DNA of 64,000 bases, from contig NW_024055947.1 of NCBI RefSeq assembly GCF_902713615.1, forward strand, positions 62,001 to 126,000, in the 5' to 3' direction. The notes beneath the pieces were generated by a model, which had not been told where the DNA came from, ran no database searches, and was given only the letters and a program-made list of their open reading frames with translations. The DNA comes from Scyliorhinus canicula. Its lineage: Eukaryota. This document shows positions 1 to 10,879 of the stretch, one piece after another. Position numbers and translations under genes: made by a program. Position 1 is the stretch's first letter. Each line of letters starts with the position of its first letter.

Positions 1-700
1 GTATGGTGGGGGAGGGTTATGGGGGGGGAGGGGAGGGTATGGTGGGGAAGGTATGGTGGGCGGGGGGAATGGTGGGGGGAGGGTATGGTGGGGGGAGGGT
101 CTGGTGGGGGGAGGGTATGGTGGGGAGAGGGTATGGTGGGGGGGGGGAGGGTATGGTGGGGGAGGGTATGGTGGGGGAGGGTATGGTGGGGGTGAGGGTA
201 TGGTGGGGGGAGGGTATGGTGGGGGAGGGTATGGTGGGGGGAGGGGAGGGTATGGTGGGGGAGGGTATGGTGGGGGGAGGGGAGGGTATGGTGGGGGGAG
301 GGTATGGTGGGGGAGGGTATGGTGGGGGGAGGGGAGGGTATGGTGGGGGAAGGTATGGTGGGCGGGGGGGAATGGTGGGGGGAGGGTATGGTGGGGGGGA
401 GGGTATGGTGGGGGGAGGGTATGGTGGGGAGAGGGTATGGTGGGGAGGTATGGTGGGGGGAGGGTATGGTGGGGGGAGGGTATGGTGGGGGGGAGGTATG
501 GTGGGGGAGGGTATGGTGGGGGGAGGGTATGGTGGGGGTTGGGTATGGTGGGGGGAGGGTATAGTGGGGAGGGTATGGTGGGGCGAGGGTATGGTGGGGG
601 GAGGGTATGGTGGGGGGAGGGTATGGTGGGGGGAGGGTATGGTGGGGGGGAGGGTATGGTGGGGGAGGGTATGGTGGGTGGGGGAGGGTATGGTGGGAGA
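1..700 (+). repeat. G-rich minisatellite, ~15-bp unit (GGGGGAGGGTATGGT)n, running off the window start
   Basis: Directly visible tandem array; it explains the low-complexity ORFs 3..875, 17..922 and 53..706. Confidence 0.95.
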
Positions 701-879
701 TGTTGATGACAACACCATTGATGGGGGAAGGGTAAAACATGTTGAGCATGAAGATTGTGGAAACTGGAGACATGTGGGTTTATCAGGGGTATTAAGTGCA
801 GACAATTTACATGGTGGAGGAGGCCCAAGAGTTGTCCAAAACCAAAAATATGCCCTTGTAACATTCCAGATATAAAATA

Positions 880-1267
880 TTTGACTTACACTCTGCCTGT
901 TCCCCCCACCAACAGTGTGCACAGAGCTCTCTTGGACCTTAGGCTGCTCCCAGACACTCCATGCTGGTCCTCAACATATAAACACAAAAATGTTGTCAAT
1001 ATCCCATCCCTTGACAGACAGAAGCCTAACTACCATTGCCCACTCAGGTCACTTTCATCAAACCTCCTCCCCCAACTCAGTCAGAAGCCCTTCTCTCAAT
1101 CTCCCCCATCTCACTCAGGTTCCTCTCTTCAGACCTCCTTCCCCACTCACTCCAACTACCCCTGCTCACGATCAATCTACTTTCCCCAACCTCCCCTCCC
1201 CATGCTCATTCCCTGCAGCTGTGATCATTTAGATCCGAAACATTAATTGTTTCTCTCCACAGCAGCT
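880..1267 (+). mobile_element. Old Penelope-like 3' relic, continuing at 3063-3135 after the L1-derived insertion
   Basis: The empty site reconstructs to ...ttctctccacagcagctGACAGACCTGAACATTTatccacattttatgtc...ttccagcatccgcagtattttgct, a common shark repeat tail; family assignment is from recalled similarity. Confidence 0.5.
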
Positions 1268-1284
1268 GACAGACCTGAACATTT

Positions 1285-3062
1285 TTTTACAAATGTTTTT
1301 ATTCGCCATTTTCCTCCAAAATTTACACCCCACCCCCAAATAGTAAATGGTAACAAAGACAAAGTCAATCCCCTTAACAATAACAACAATCCCATCATCC
1401 CACCACCCCAAACAACAGCCCACCTGTCAATATATGCATCCAATAAAACAAACCCTCCCACGGTGGAAACAAAAAACAAAAAGAGAAAAACAGAAAGGAG
1501 TCGGAATGCCCATGGTCACCATCGAGTCCACTCCCCCCCCCAACACATTCAACGCCGTCCAACCTCTGAAAGAGTACCGTATGTGATACTCAAGAGTTGT
1601 AAACATCCGCCCTCTCCAACTCTTACCGCCCGCTGCCTCTTGCAAAACTCCTCCCCCCCCAACCTCGGTTCCTTCCCCCCAACTTTCCACCCCGGCTAGA
1701 CCACTCGGACCCTGTTCTGCCTGGCTCCGATGGCCACAGCCTCTCCCCACACCTCACTCCCATTCACTGGCCAATTTAAACCGCCTGGGTCCCTTTCCCC
1801 CTTGCCCGGCCCAAGGAAATCCCAGAAATCCCGTTTTAGCACACATACCCCACATATCCACCTACACCCCAAAGAGCCCTCACTTCTAGTGCAAGTCCCA
1901 CCACTTCCCTTGTCCAAATATACACACCATTGGCTTCTTTAGATTGTACACCCGCACGCAGTGAAACAAAAAAGAAGAGACAAAAAAGAAGAAAATACAG
2001 TCCTGAGGTTACATCGGCACATGGCCATTTCTCAATTCTGCCACAGTCCTTCTGCCTTCGCAAACTCCTCCGCTGCTTCCGCCATTCCAAAACAAAAGTC
2101 CTTGAGCTTGTAAGTCACCCTCAGCTTCGCTGGATATACAATGCCGCACTGCACCTTGCTAATGTACAGTGCCCTCTTCACCCGGTTGAAAGCAGCCCGC
2201 CTCCGCCCCAGCTCCACCGTAAAGTCCTGGTTACACATATACCGGCTCCAGCCCACTGCACCACCCGCTTCTGCTTGGCCCAGCACAGGACCTGCTCCTT
2301 CACACTGTACCTACGGAAGCAGAGTCACTACCCTTGGCAACTCACCCGCCTTAGGTACAGGCCTCCACGACCGATGAACCTGATCCAGTTCATATCGGGA
2401 GGGATCCTCCCCTGCCCCAATAGCTTCACCGGCAAAATACTCAGTCGGCCTCGGCCCTTCAACTCCTTCGGGCAGCACCACAATCCTCAAATTCTGTCGC
2501 CTGGATCTGTTTTCCAGGTCTTCCAATTTTCCTCACAGTTCACCTCCATCACCTTCCGCATCTCCTTCCCCATCGAGGTAAGTTGATCACCCTGTTGAAA
2601 CACCATCTCCTCCACTTCCTTCAGTGCCTCCCCTTGCGCCCGCACCTCCGTCACTGCGCTCGCCACCGCTGTTGTCACCGGGGAAATCGTCTCCTCCACC
2701 AGCACTCAACTCAAAAACTCCCTCATCTCCTTTCTCATCGCCTCCAAGTGTTTTGTAAACTGCCTTTTGAATTCTGCAGCGATCACCTTGGTTATTTCTT
2801 CAGCCTTAAGCAATGCGGCCTCCCCTGCTGCTCCATCCTCCTTTTTCCCTGGTGACCTCTCCACTCCCCGACGGGCCTTCAGCTGATTTTTTAACGGCCG
2901 TTTTATTACTGACCCTTGACATCTTCTTCTGCTGTGCCTCCTCTGCGCCTTCTCCGTGTCTTTGATGCCTCCGTAGACCCTGGCACCGGGCTTAAAGCCC
3001 CGAAAATGCCGTTCCGAACGGGAGCCGTCCATTGCGCAGCTGCCTCCCGCCCACCGTCACCC
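1285..3062 (-). mobile_element. Non-autonomous ORF1-only L1 derivative (HAL1-like), ~1.78 kb, ORF1 frameshifted
   Basis: 17-bp TSD GACAGACCTGAACATTT at 1268-1284 and 3063-3079. ORF1 pieces 2311..2526 (EDLENRSRRQNLRIVVLPEG) and 2032..2286 (NQDFTVELGRRRAAF...YPAKLRVTY) resemble L1 ORF1 RRM/CTD. AATAAA plus short A-tail on the minus strand at ~1285-1305. No ORF2 motifs seen. Confidence 0.85.
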
Positions 3063-3289
3063 GACAGACCTGAACATTTATCCACATTTTATGTCTTTAC
3101 TTCCGATTTCCAGCATCCGCAGTATTTTGCTCTAATTTGAACCTTCAGACCTCCTCCCACCCAGTCAGCTCAGTGGAATGTCCTCCAGCTGTTTTGTTTG
3201 GATTGTTGTCACCATCCGGGTCACTGGGACCCTGAGGCCCAGCCCACACGTCTGGCCGAATCTGCAAATGCGCTCCGCTGCCTGCCCAA

Positions 3290-3420
3290 ACAAGATGGCG
3301 GCCGTTAACCCGGGCCTGTTTCCGGGAAAAAGCCCTGGAGCAGAAAGCAGGGGACTGGCAAGCTTCTGTCGGGGCTTGCAGCCTGCACCAGGTGTTTATG
3401 AAGAACGGTCTTTGTGGAAT
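3290..3420 (-). promoter_or_regulatory. ZNF promoter module A fragment (YY1 motif AAGATGGCGGCC plus TTTATGAAG), truncated by a Penelope fragment
   Basis: Aligns by eye with 18190+, 30043+ and 39833+. Confidence 0.55.
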
Positions 3421-3439
3421 GCTGACAGAGGGAGTGAAG

Positions 3440-3900
3440 GGAAAATGTGTTTGGTGGTGACATCACGTTGAAGTTGGCAAAAATGGCAGAGGATATGCTT
3501 TGCATACGGAGGCTATTGGGGTGAAATGTGAGAATGAGAGGGATTCTATCCTTGCTCTTGGAGGGAAGGGACGGGGCGAAGGTAGTGGTGTGGGAGAATG
3601 ACAGCGTACTGTTGAGGGCGCTGTCAGCAGCTGTAGGTGATGAATCATGGTTGAGGAAGAAGAAACACATTTGAAGCACCACTTTGGTAAGTGGCATCAT
3701 CGGAACAAATGCGACAGAGGCGGAGAAGCTGAGAGAAAGTGAGGGAGTCCTTAAAGGGTGTCGGGTGCGAAGATAGCTGTGGGTGTCAGTGGGATTGTAA
3801 TAGTAGATAGTCTATTGCCGGAAATGGAGCCAGCAAGGTCAAGGAAGGGAAGGGAGGGGAGGAGTCTGAGATGGACCAGGTGAAAGTGATGAAGGGGTGG
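3440..3900 (-). mobile_element. Penelope-like element fragment (C-terminal RT region)
   Basis: Minus translation ...QFLRLCRICSDDA...SKDRIPLILTFHPNSLR... (partly ORF 3305..3700) matches the Penelope/Poseidon RT C-terminus as I recall it. Confidence 0.7.
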
Positions 3901-4299
3901 AAACTGGAGAGTGGTGGTGGATGGGAATTGTCCAGGCCTCTTTTATTCAAGTATTATATCAGTTTTAACCACCCTATCTACCTGTCCACCAATGGACATG
4001 CACACCAAGGCCCCTCTGATCCTCTGCACTTCCTCGGGTCCTACCATTGATGATTTATTCCCTTGCCTTGTTTACAGTTTCATTACCCAGTGTGAAACCA
4101 CAGGCTGACCTTTTGCTGTGTAAAACCTAACATTCCACAGGCCCCATTTTCCTGGAACAACATGAAAAATCTGCTGCTTTCCAGATCCCTTCATTTCCTC
4201 TCATCTGTTTAAAGCCACAAACAGAAAGGTCCAGTTTTCTCCTGGAGTTTGAGACAAATCAGCTTCAAAATGATACAGAGTTTCAGCCAATGAGAGAGA

Positions 4300-4830
4300 T
4301 CCTGGCTCAGCCCCGCCCCTCATTCACTCTGATTGGTTGGAGGACCAGCCACTCCCGCTCGGTCTGCAGTCCCGCCCCCTAATCCAATCACTCCCCGGAC
4401 ACGGCGGGCTGGAGCATGCGCAGTGCCTGGAGTAGCTCCTGTTGAGGCGGTTGTTCGGAAATTGCCAGTCGATCTGATACCGCCGGGTAAGTCATGAGGG
4501 AGCCGGCGGATGGGTCGGCCGGCTTCATAAAAACTCCGTGCAGCCCAAGCCCCGAATACGAAGCTCGGATACGGCAGTTGAACCAGCGAAAGCTGCTCAG
4601 GCTTTTCCTCGAGACAGGGCCGGGTGCATGCGGAGAGAACGAGAGGCCCGGATTTGCTCCGCCTCCCATTCACTCGGATTGGCTGGAGGACCAGATGCTC
4701 TTGTTCTGTCCTCCAGCCCCGCCCCCTCTTCCTATTGGACCGAACCCGCCGTCAATCAGTCCTGGGCATTGTGAGCTGGAACAAACCCTTCACCATCATT
4801 ATGTGGAGATGCCGGCGTTGGACTGAGGTG
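4300..4830 (+). promoter_or_regulatory. CpG-rich promoter of the 6.3-8.4 kb ZNF gene (module B plus NRF1-like site)
   Basis: GC-boxes, reverse CCAAT boxes (GATTGG ~4331 and ~4678, CTATTGG ~4732), GCCGTCAATCA ~4749, GAGCATGCGCAGT ~4411; paralogous to 48400-48520 and to 62935-63050 (reverse). Confidence 0.65.
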
Positions 4831-5012
4831 AGCTCAGTAAGAAGTCTGACACCAGGTTAATGTCCAATAGGTTTGATTCAAACACGAGCTTTCGGAGCGC
4901 AGCTCCTTCCTCGAGTGAATCCTGAGGAAGGAGCTGCGCTCCGAAAGCTCGCGTTTGAATTAAACCTGTTGGACTTTAACCTGGTGTTGTAAGACTTCTT
5001 ACTGTGCTCACC
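4827..5012. mobile_element. ~186-bp palindrome of two inverted Penelope-type terminal repeats carrying hammerhead-like cores
   Basis: Arms ggtgagctcagtaagaagtct...ctccttcctc and gaggaaggag...gacttcttactgtgctcacc are reverse complements; CTGAGGA at 4922-4928 and GAAAGCT at 4943-4949. Confidence 0.8.
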
Positions 5013-5696
5013 ATCATTGTCAGCTCCCTGGTTTGCAGCTGCGGAGCTTCTCCCTCCCTCCCGGGAACAGGCCCAGGTTAACGGGCACCATCCTGCTTCA
5101 CACACTGGAGGGTGGTTCACATCACAGGATGGGGGAGGGGGGGGGATAATAAATAAGAGCTGACACTTTGCACTCAAATCAATGAGGACTCTGATCTCTG
5201 GCAAGGAAGGAAACCCTGGCAGGTGGGTGGGGAGGATTCACAAACACCCGCTGGAGGCCCCAAACCCCCAATAAGACCCATTGATTTTATTGTCAGTCTG
5301 CAGACATGATCTGGAGAACTGGACCCAGGCAGAGGAGAGGGAGGGAGAAAACTGGGAGTGGAGGAAAGAGATGGTGAGATGGGTTTGGATTTCAGCCCAG
5401 GGAGGAGGGAGAGTGTGTGGGATGGGGATTTACAGCTTTGGGGGAACCAGAGAGGAAACAATGTTCCAGAAAAACTAGAATTGCCTATTCAGAATTCCTA
5501 TCCTGGACTGACAGTGATGGCTTTTGTAAACTCCTTTTATAGGGGGTTGTAATTCGAGAATTTGCACACAACGAACTGAACTCAACAGAAAGGTTTGTCT
5601 CTTTGCGAATTCTATCCTGCGTTGACAGTGATGACTTTTGTAACATGAGAGATTACAGCTCTCAGGAAAGATTCAATGAAGTGGGGCACTTTTTCT

Positions 5697-5924
5697 TTTT
5701 TTCTTATAAATTTTGTGTGCCCAATTCATTTTTCCAATTAAGGGGCATTTTAGTATGGGCAATCCACCTACCCTGCACATCTTTGTGTTGTGTGGGCGAA
5801 ACCCATGCAAACACGGGGAGAATGTGCAAACTCCACACGGACAGTGACCCAGTGCTGGGATCGAACCCGGGACCTCAGCGCCGTGAGGCACCAATGCTAA
5901 CCACTGCGCCACCGTACTGCCCAG
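5697..5924 (-). mobile_element. Short A-tailed tRNA-derived SINE with 16-bp TSD
   Basis: TSD gtggggc(a/c)ctttttct at 5681-5696 and 5925-5940; tRNA-like head on the minus strand. Confidence 0.85.
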
Positions 5925-6781
5925 GTGGGGCCCTTTTTCTATCCACAACAATAAATTAAGCAGTGTCCTGCTATAAAGCTTTTAAATTATCAGTAGTTTG
6001 TAGAGGGGCAAAGTGAGAGAGTGACCATCAATAAACAACAAGTCATAAATACAAGATAGTTATGAATAAATCCAAGGGGACAATATGGACAATTTTATTT
6101 ATCACGGGTTCAGAATGTGCAACTCATTACCATGGAAAGGAGTTGTGGAAAGTGCTGAGCTGTTTTCAAAAGGAAACGGGACAAGCACATGAGCGAAAAT
6201 GGAATCAAAAATCTGCTGAAAGGCTGAGATTTGATAGGTGTGACAGTCGGAGATGTGTGCCGAGTATTGACAGCAGCAGAATCTGTGACAGAATGGCCTG
6301 TTTGTGTCTTATATATTCACAGTATTTCAATGTAATCTCCTTTTACAGAATATTTGCAGATGCAAACATCATGTCGAGATCTGACAAAGTCACTTGATTC
6401 ATCAGGACCGACCTTTCAACGTGGAAGGAGAAATGTTTGTCTGTTTTGTCTTTCGGAAAAAATGTCAAAAATCACTGTGATTGGAAAAGCACCGAGACAC
6501 AGACATCGAAGTAATTTTCCACAGTTAGCTGGAACTGAGTTTTAACCAATCACAAAGCATGAAATTAAATTGCAGCATTTACATCAGGGAGACCCCGTAC
6601 TCAGGCTTCAACTGATGATCCAAGTTGGAGAGACATAAGGACATTCGCACCAAAGGAATCAAGAAGCAGCAATAGGACATTCAGCCCCGTGAACCTGTTC
6701 CACCATTTAATAACATCACGGCTGATCTGATAGTGACCTCAAATCTGCATCCCACCTACACCTGATAACTTGTCGATAACC

Positions 6782-7780
6782 ATGGAGAAACTGTGGACAT
6801 GTGGGGACTGTGGGATGGGATTGAATTACCCATCTGAATTGGAAACTCATCAACGTATTCACACTGGGGTAACCCCATTCACCTGCTCGGTGTGTGGGAA
6901 GGGATTCACTCTGTCATCCCACCTCCTGGAACACCAACTTGTTCATACAGATCAGAGACCGTTTAAATGTGCTGACTGTGAAAAGAGCTTTAAAAGTAAA
7001 AAGTATTTACTGAGACACCAACGCACTCACACTGGGGAGAGGCCGTTCACCTGCTCCGTGTGTGGGAAGGGATTCACTCAGTCATCAGTCCTCCTGACAC
7101 ACCAACTTGTTCATACTGATCAGAGACCGTTTAAATGTGCTGACTGCGGGAAGAGTTTTAAAACTAAAAGGGATTTACTGAGACACCAACGCACCCACAC
7201 TGGGGAGAGGCCATTCACCTGCTCCATGTGTGGGAAGGGATTCACTAAGTCATCAATCCTCCTGGCACACCAACTTGTTCATAATGATAAGAGACCGTTT
7301 AAATGTGCTGACTGTGAGAAGAGCTTTAAAAGTAAAATGGATTTACTGAGACACCAACGTACTCACACTGGGGAGAGGCCATTTATCTGCTCCATGTGTG
7401 GGAAGGGATTCACTCAGTCATCAATCCTCCTGGCACACCAACTTGTTCATAATGATCAGAGACCGTTTAAATGTGCTGACTGTGAGAAGAGCTTTAAAAG
7501 TAAAATGAATTTACTGAGACACCAGCGCAATCACACTGGGGAGAGGCCATTCACCTGCTCCGTGTGTGGGAAGGGATTCACTCAGTCAAACCACCTCCTG
7601 GAACACCAACTTGTTCATAATGATGAGAGACCGTTTAAATGTGCTGACTGTGAGAAGAGCTTTAAACGCAGAAAGGATTTACTGACACATCAACGCACTC
7701 ACACTGGGAAAGGCCATTCACCTGCTCCGTGTGTGAGAAGAGATTCACATGTTAATCCCAGCTTCTGCAGCACCAGCTAG
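6782..7780 (+). CDS. C2H2 zinc-finger protein, 11 tandem fingers, 332 aa from ATG 6782; terminal exon probably starts at acceptor 6349
   Basis: ORF 6770..7780 with TGERPF/TDQRPF linkers and a two-finger 168-bp periodicity; no KRAB-like sequence seen. Confidence 0.85.
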   Translation: MEKLWTCGDCGMGLNYPSELETHQRIHTGVTPFTCSVCGKGFTLSSHLLEHQLVHTDQRPFKCADCEKSFKSKKYLLRHQRTHTGERPFTCSVCGKGFTQSSVLLTHQLVHTDQRPFKCADCGKSFKTKRDLLRHQRTHTGERPFTCSMCGKGFTKSSILLAHQLVHNDKRPFKCADCEKSFKSKMDLLRHQRTHTGERPFICSMCGKGFTQSSILLAHQLVHNDQRPFKCADCEKSFKSKMNLLRHQRNHTGERPFTCSVCGKGFTQSNHLLEHQLVHNDERPFKCADCEKSFKRRKDLLTHQRTHTGKGHSPAPCVRRDSHVNPSFCSTS

Positions 7781-8450
7781 TTGACACTGGGCAGAGGACG
7801 TACTCTTGCCCTGTGTTTGACAAGAAATTTACTCAGTCATCCCACCTGATGACACACCAACTTGTTCACATTGATCAGAAACCTTTTAAATGTTCTGACT
7901 GAGAAAAGAGCTTTAAAAGTAAACCAAATTTGCAGAAACACCAGCGAGTTCACACTGAAACAGAATCATAGAATATACAGTGCAGAAGGACGGCATTCGG
8001 CCCATCGAGTGCACCGGCCCTTGTAAAGAGCACCTTACTTAAGCCCATATCTCCAACCTAACCCATAACCCCAACTCACCTTTTTGGACACTAAGAGCAA
8101 TTTAGCATGGCCAATCCACCTAATCTACACATTTTTGGACTGTGGGAGGAAACTGGAGCACCCGGAGGAAACCCACGCAGACATGGGGCGAACGTGCAAA
8201 CTCCACACAGACAGTGAGCCAAGCCGGGAATTCTGGGACCCTGGAGATTTGAAGCAACAGTGCTAACCACTGTATACCGTGTGGCCCACACGTGGGAGTG
8301 GTACTGGGGAGAGGCTGTTTAACTGCTCCGTGCGTGGGAGGAGATTCACTCAGTCAAACAACCTGCACAGACATCAGCAAGTTCACAGGCAACAGCAGGG
8401 TTTGGATTCAGCTGTTGCTGCTGTTAGTCACATCCAGGACTGAATGATGC
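7710..8450 (+). pseudogene. Decayed 3' zinc fingers of the 6.8-kb gene (frameshift ~7709, stops), split by a SINE at ~7962-8290
   Basis: actgggaaaggcc vs the usual actggggagaggcc; further finger-like codons to ~7955 resume at ~8300 and end with the family-typical DSAVAAVSHIQD* tail. Confidence 0.75.
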
Positions 8451-8719
8451 CTGGACGTCTGTTTCCAGTGGGGCTCCACAGTTTGCCGGTATATATCAAT
8501 GATTTAGACTGAAATGTATGCACCAGGATTATACAAAAGTTGCTGATGTGTTTTAGATAATGAGGGAGAAAGCCATGAACTGGGTCAGGTGGACAGAAAA
8601 GTGGTGAATGGAAATTTAGATAATTAGAGGTTAGGAACGCATTTCAGTTAACTCCCGATAGAAATAAGGTCACTTCAGGATAATGGAAAAAACTGATTGG
8701 TGAGGAAGCTACAAATAAT

Positions 8720-8957
8720 CCTTTTTTTTTTTAAATGTTCAGAGTACCCAATTATTGTTATTTATTTTTCCAATTACGGGGCCATTTAGCCTGGCCAATC
8801 CACCTAACCTGCACATCTTTGGGCTGTGGGGGTGAAACCCATGCAGACACGTGGAGAATGTGCAAACTCCACACGGACAGTGACCCAGGGCCGGGATTCA
8901 AACCCGGGTCCTCAGCGCTGTAGTCCCACTGCTAACCACTGCTCCACGTGCTGCACG
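8720..8957 (-). mobile_element. Short A-tailed SINE with 13-bp TSD
   Basis: TSD agctacaaataat at 8707-8719 and 8958-8970. Confidence 0.85.
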
Positions 8958-9119
8958 AGCTACAAATAATTCAAACAACTTTATTGAACAGTTCTCAAAT
9001 GGAAAGGCACTTGACCACACGGAAACTAAGGATCTGTGATCGACATTTGATCTAGCAAGTCATATTTAGGGCAAAGTTATAAACAGAGGGCATTCATTTC
9101 AAGTGATTAGAAAAATAAG

Positions 9120-10500
9120 CAATGCTGAGCAAAGTGAGGAGAGTGGGCAAAGAATACAATGTGGAAAAGTGTGAAGTTATGCACTTTGGAAGGAGAAATG
9201 GAGGCTAGACTATTTTCTAAATGGGAAAATGCTGAGGAAATCACAAGCACAAAGGGACTTGGGAGACCTTGTTCAAGATTCTCTTCAGGTTAACGTGCAG
9301 GTGCACTGTAGCCTCACGGCGCCGAGGTCCCAGGTTCGATCCCGGCTCTGGGTCACTGTGGAGTTCGCACATTCTCCCCGTGTTTGCGTGGGTTTCGCCC
9401 CCACAACCCAAAAAGATGTGCAGGATAGGTGGATTGGCCACACTAAATGCCCCTTAATTGGAAAAAATAATTGGGTACGCTAAATTAAAAAAAAATATTA
9501 CAAAAAAAAAGGAAGGCAAATGCAATGTCTTCATGTCTTGAGGGCTAGAATACAAGACCAGGGATGTACATCTGAGGCTACATAAGGCCCTGATCATACC
9601 CCATTTGGAGTATTATGAGCCGTTTTGGGCCCCGTATCTAAGGAAGGATGTGTTGGCCTTGGAAAGGGTCCAGAGGAGGTTTACAAGAATGATCCCTGGA
9701 ATGAAGAGCTTGTCGTATGAGGAACGGTTGAGGACTCTGGGTCTGTTCTCGTTGGAGTTTAGAAGGATATGGGGGGATCTTATTAAAACGTACAGGATAA
9801 AGCGAGGCCTGGGTAGAGTGGACATGGAGAAGATGTTTCCACTTGTAGGAAAAACTAGAAGCAGAGGACACAATCTCAGACTAGATGGGCGATCCTTCAA
9901 AACAGAGTAAGAAGTCTTACAACACCAAGTTAAAGTCCAACAGGTTTGTTTCGACTCACTAGCTTTCGGGGCACAGTTCCTTCCTCAGATGATGAGGAGG
10001 AATTAAAACAGATGAGGAGAGGGCAGCACGGTGGCCTAGTGGTTAGCACAACCGCCTCACGGCGCTGAGGTCCCAGGTTCGATCCCGGCTCTGGGTCACT
10101 GTCCGTGTGGAGTTTGCACATTCTCCCCGTGTCTGCGTGGGTTTCGCCCCTACAACCCAAAAATGTGCAGAGTAGGTGGATTGGCCACGCTAAATTGCCC
10201 CTTAATTGGAAAAAATAATTGGGTAATCTAAATTTATTTTTTTTAAAAAACAGATGAGGAGCAATTTCTTCAGCCGGAGGGTGGTGAATCTGTGGAAGTC
10301 TTTGCCACAGAATGCCGTGGAGGCCAAATCACTGAGTGTCTTTAAGATAGAGATCGATAGCTTCTTGATTAATCAGGGGATCAGGGTTTATGGAGAGAAG
10401 GCAGGAGAATGGACATGATAAAAATATCAGCCTTGATTGAATGGCGGAGCAGATTCAATGGGCCGAGTGGCCTAATTCTGTTCCTATGTCTTATGGTGTG
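9120..10500 (+). mobile_element. CR1-type LINE 3' portion with nested SINEs (~9300-9510, 10020-10246) and a Penelope terminal fragment (9907-9992)
   Basis: ORF 9605..9910 WAPYLRKDVLALERVQRRFTRMIPGM...GLFSLE matches the CR1 ORF2 C-terminus; the sequence resumes after 10261. Confidence 0.85.
10020..10246 (+). mobile_element. Short A-tailed SINE with 15-bp TSD at a TT/AAAA site
   Basis: TSD AAAACAGATGAGGAG at 10005-10019 and 10247-10261. Confidence 0.9.
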
Positions 10501-10879
10501 AAGAAAAACATTCTGTGCTGCATGTGGGATCATGAATGCACTGCTCGAAAATGTGGTGGAGGCAGATTCAATTGATTCCTTGAAAAGAGAATTGGACAAC
10601 TATCTGTTACTATCAGATCAGCCATGAGCTTATTAAATGGTGGAGCAGACTGGGCTGAATAGCCAACTCCAGCTCCTTGCTCATCTGTTCGTATCTTTTG
10701 AGGAGAAAAATATCTACAGATTTCAGGGCCAATGACAGGGGATTGTGACTGTTGCAGAAAGTTGGCACAGATACAATTTGTTGAGTGCCTTTGTTTTGTG
10801 CTGTCACCTTTCTATGCCTCTGTGTTATGAGGGAAATGCAGTGCATCAATGCAAGAGAGGCAGATTGCTCCCTCGAATG

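Noticed and set aside
3-922. Long Gly/Pro-rich ORFs on both strands (290 and 301 aa; extensin-like PPPY repeats)
   Set aside because: Products of a 15-bp stop-free minisatellite; no promoter, splice or non-repeat coding context.
6478-6480. Selenocysteine-containing zinc finger at the conserved TGA
   Set aside because: The TGA is not at a metal-ligand position, the flanking Cys/His ligands are mutated in these copies, and I saw no SECIS. Kept only as a uORF/dead-finger finding.
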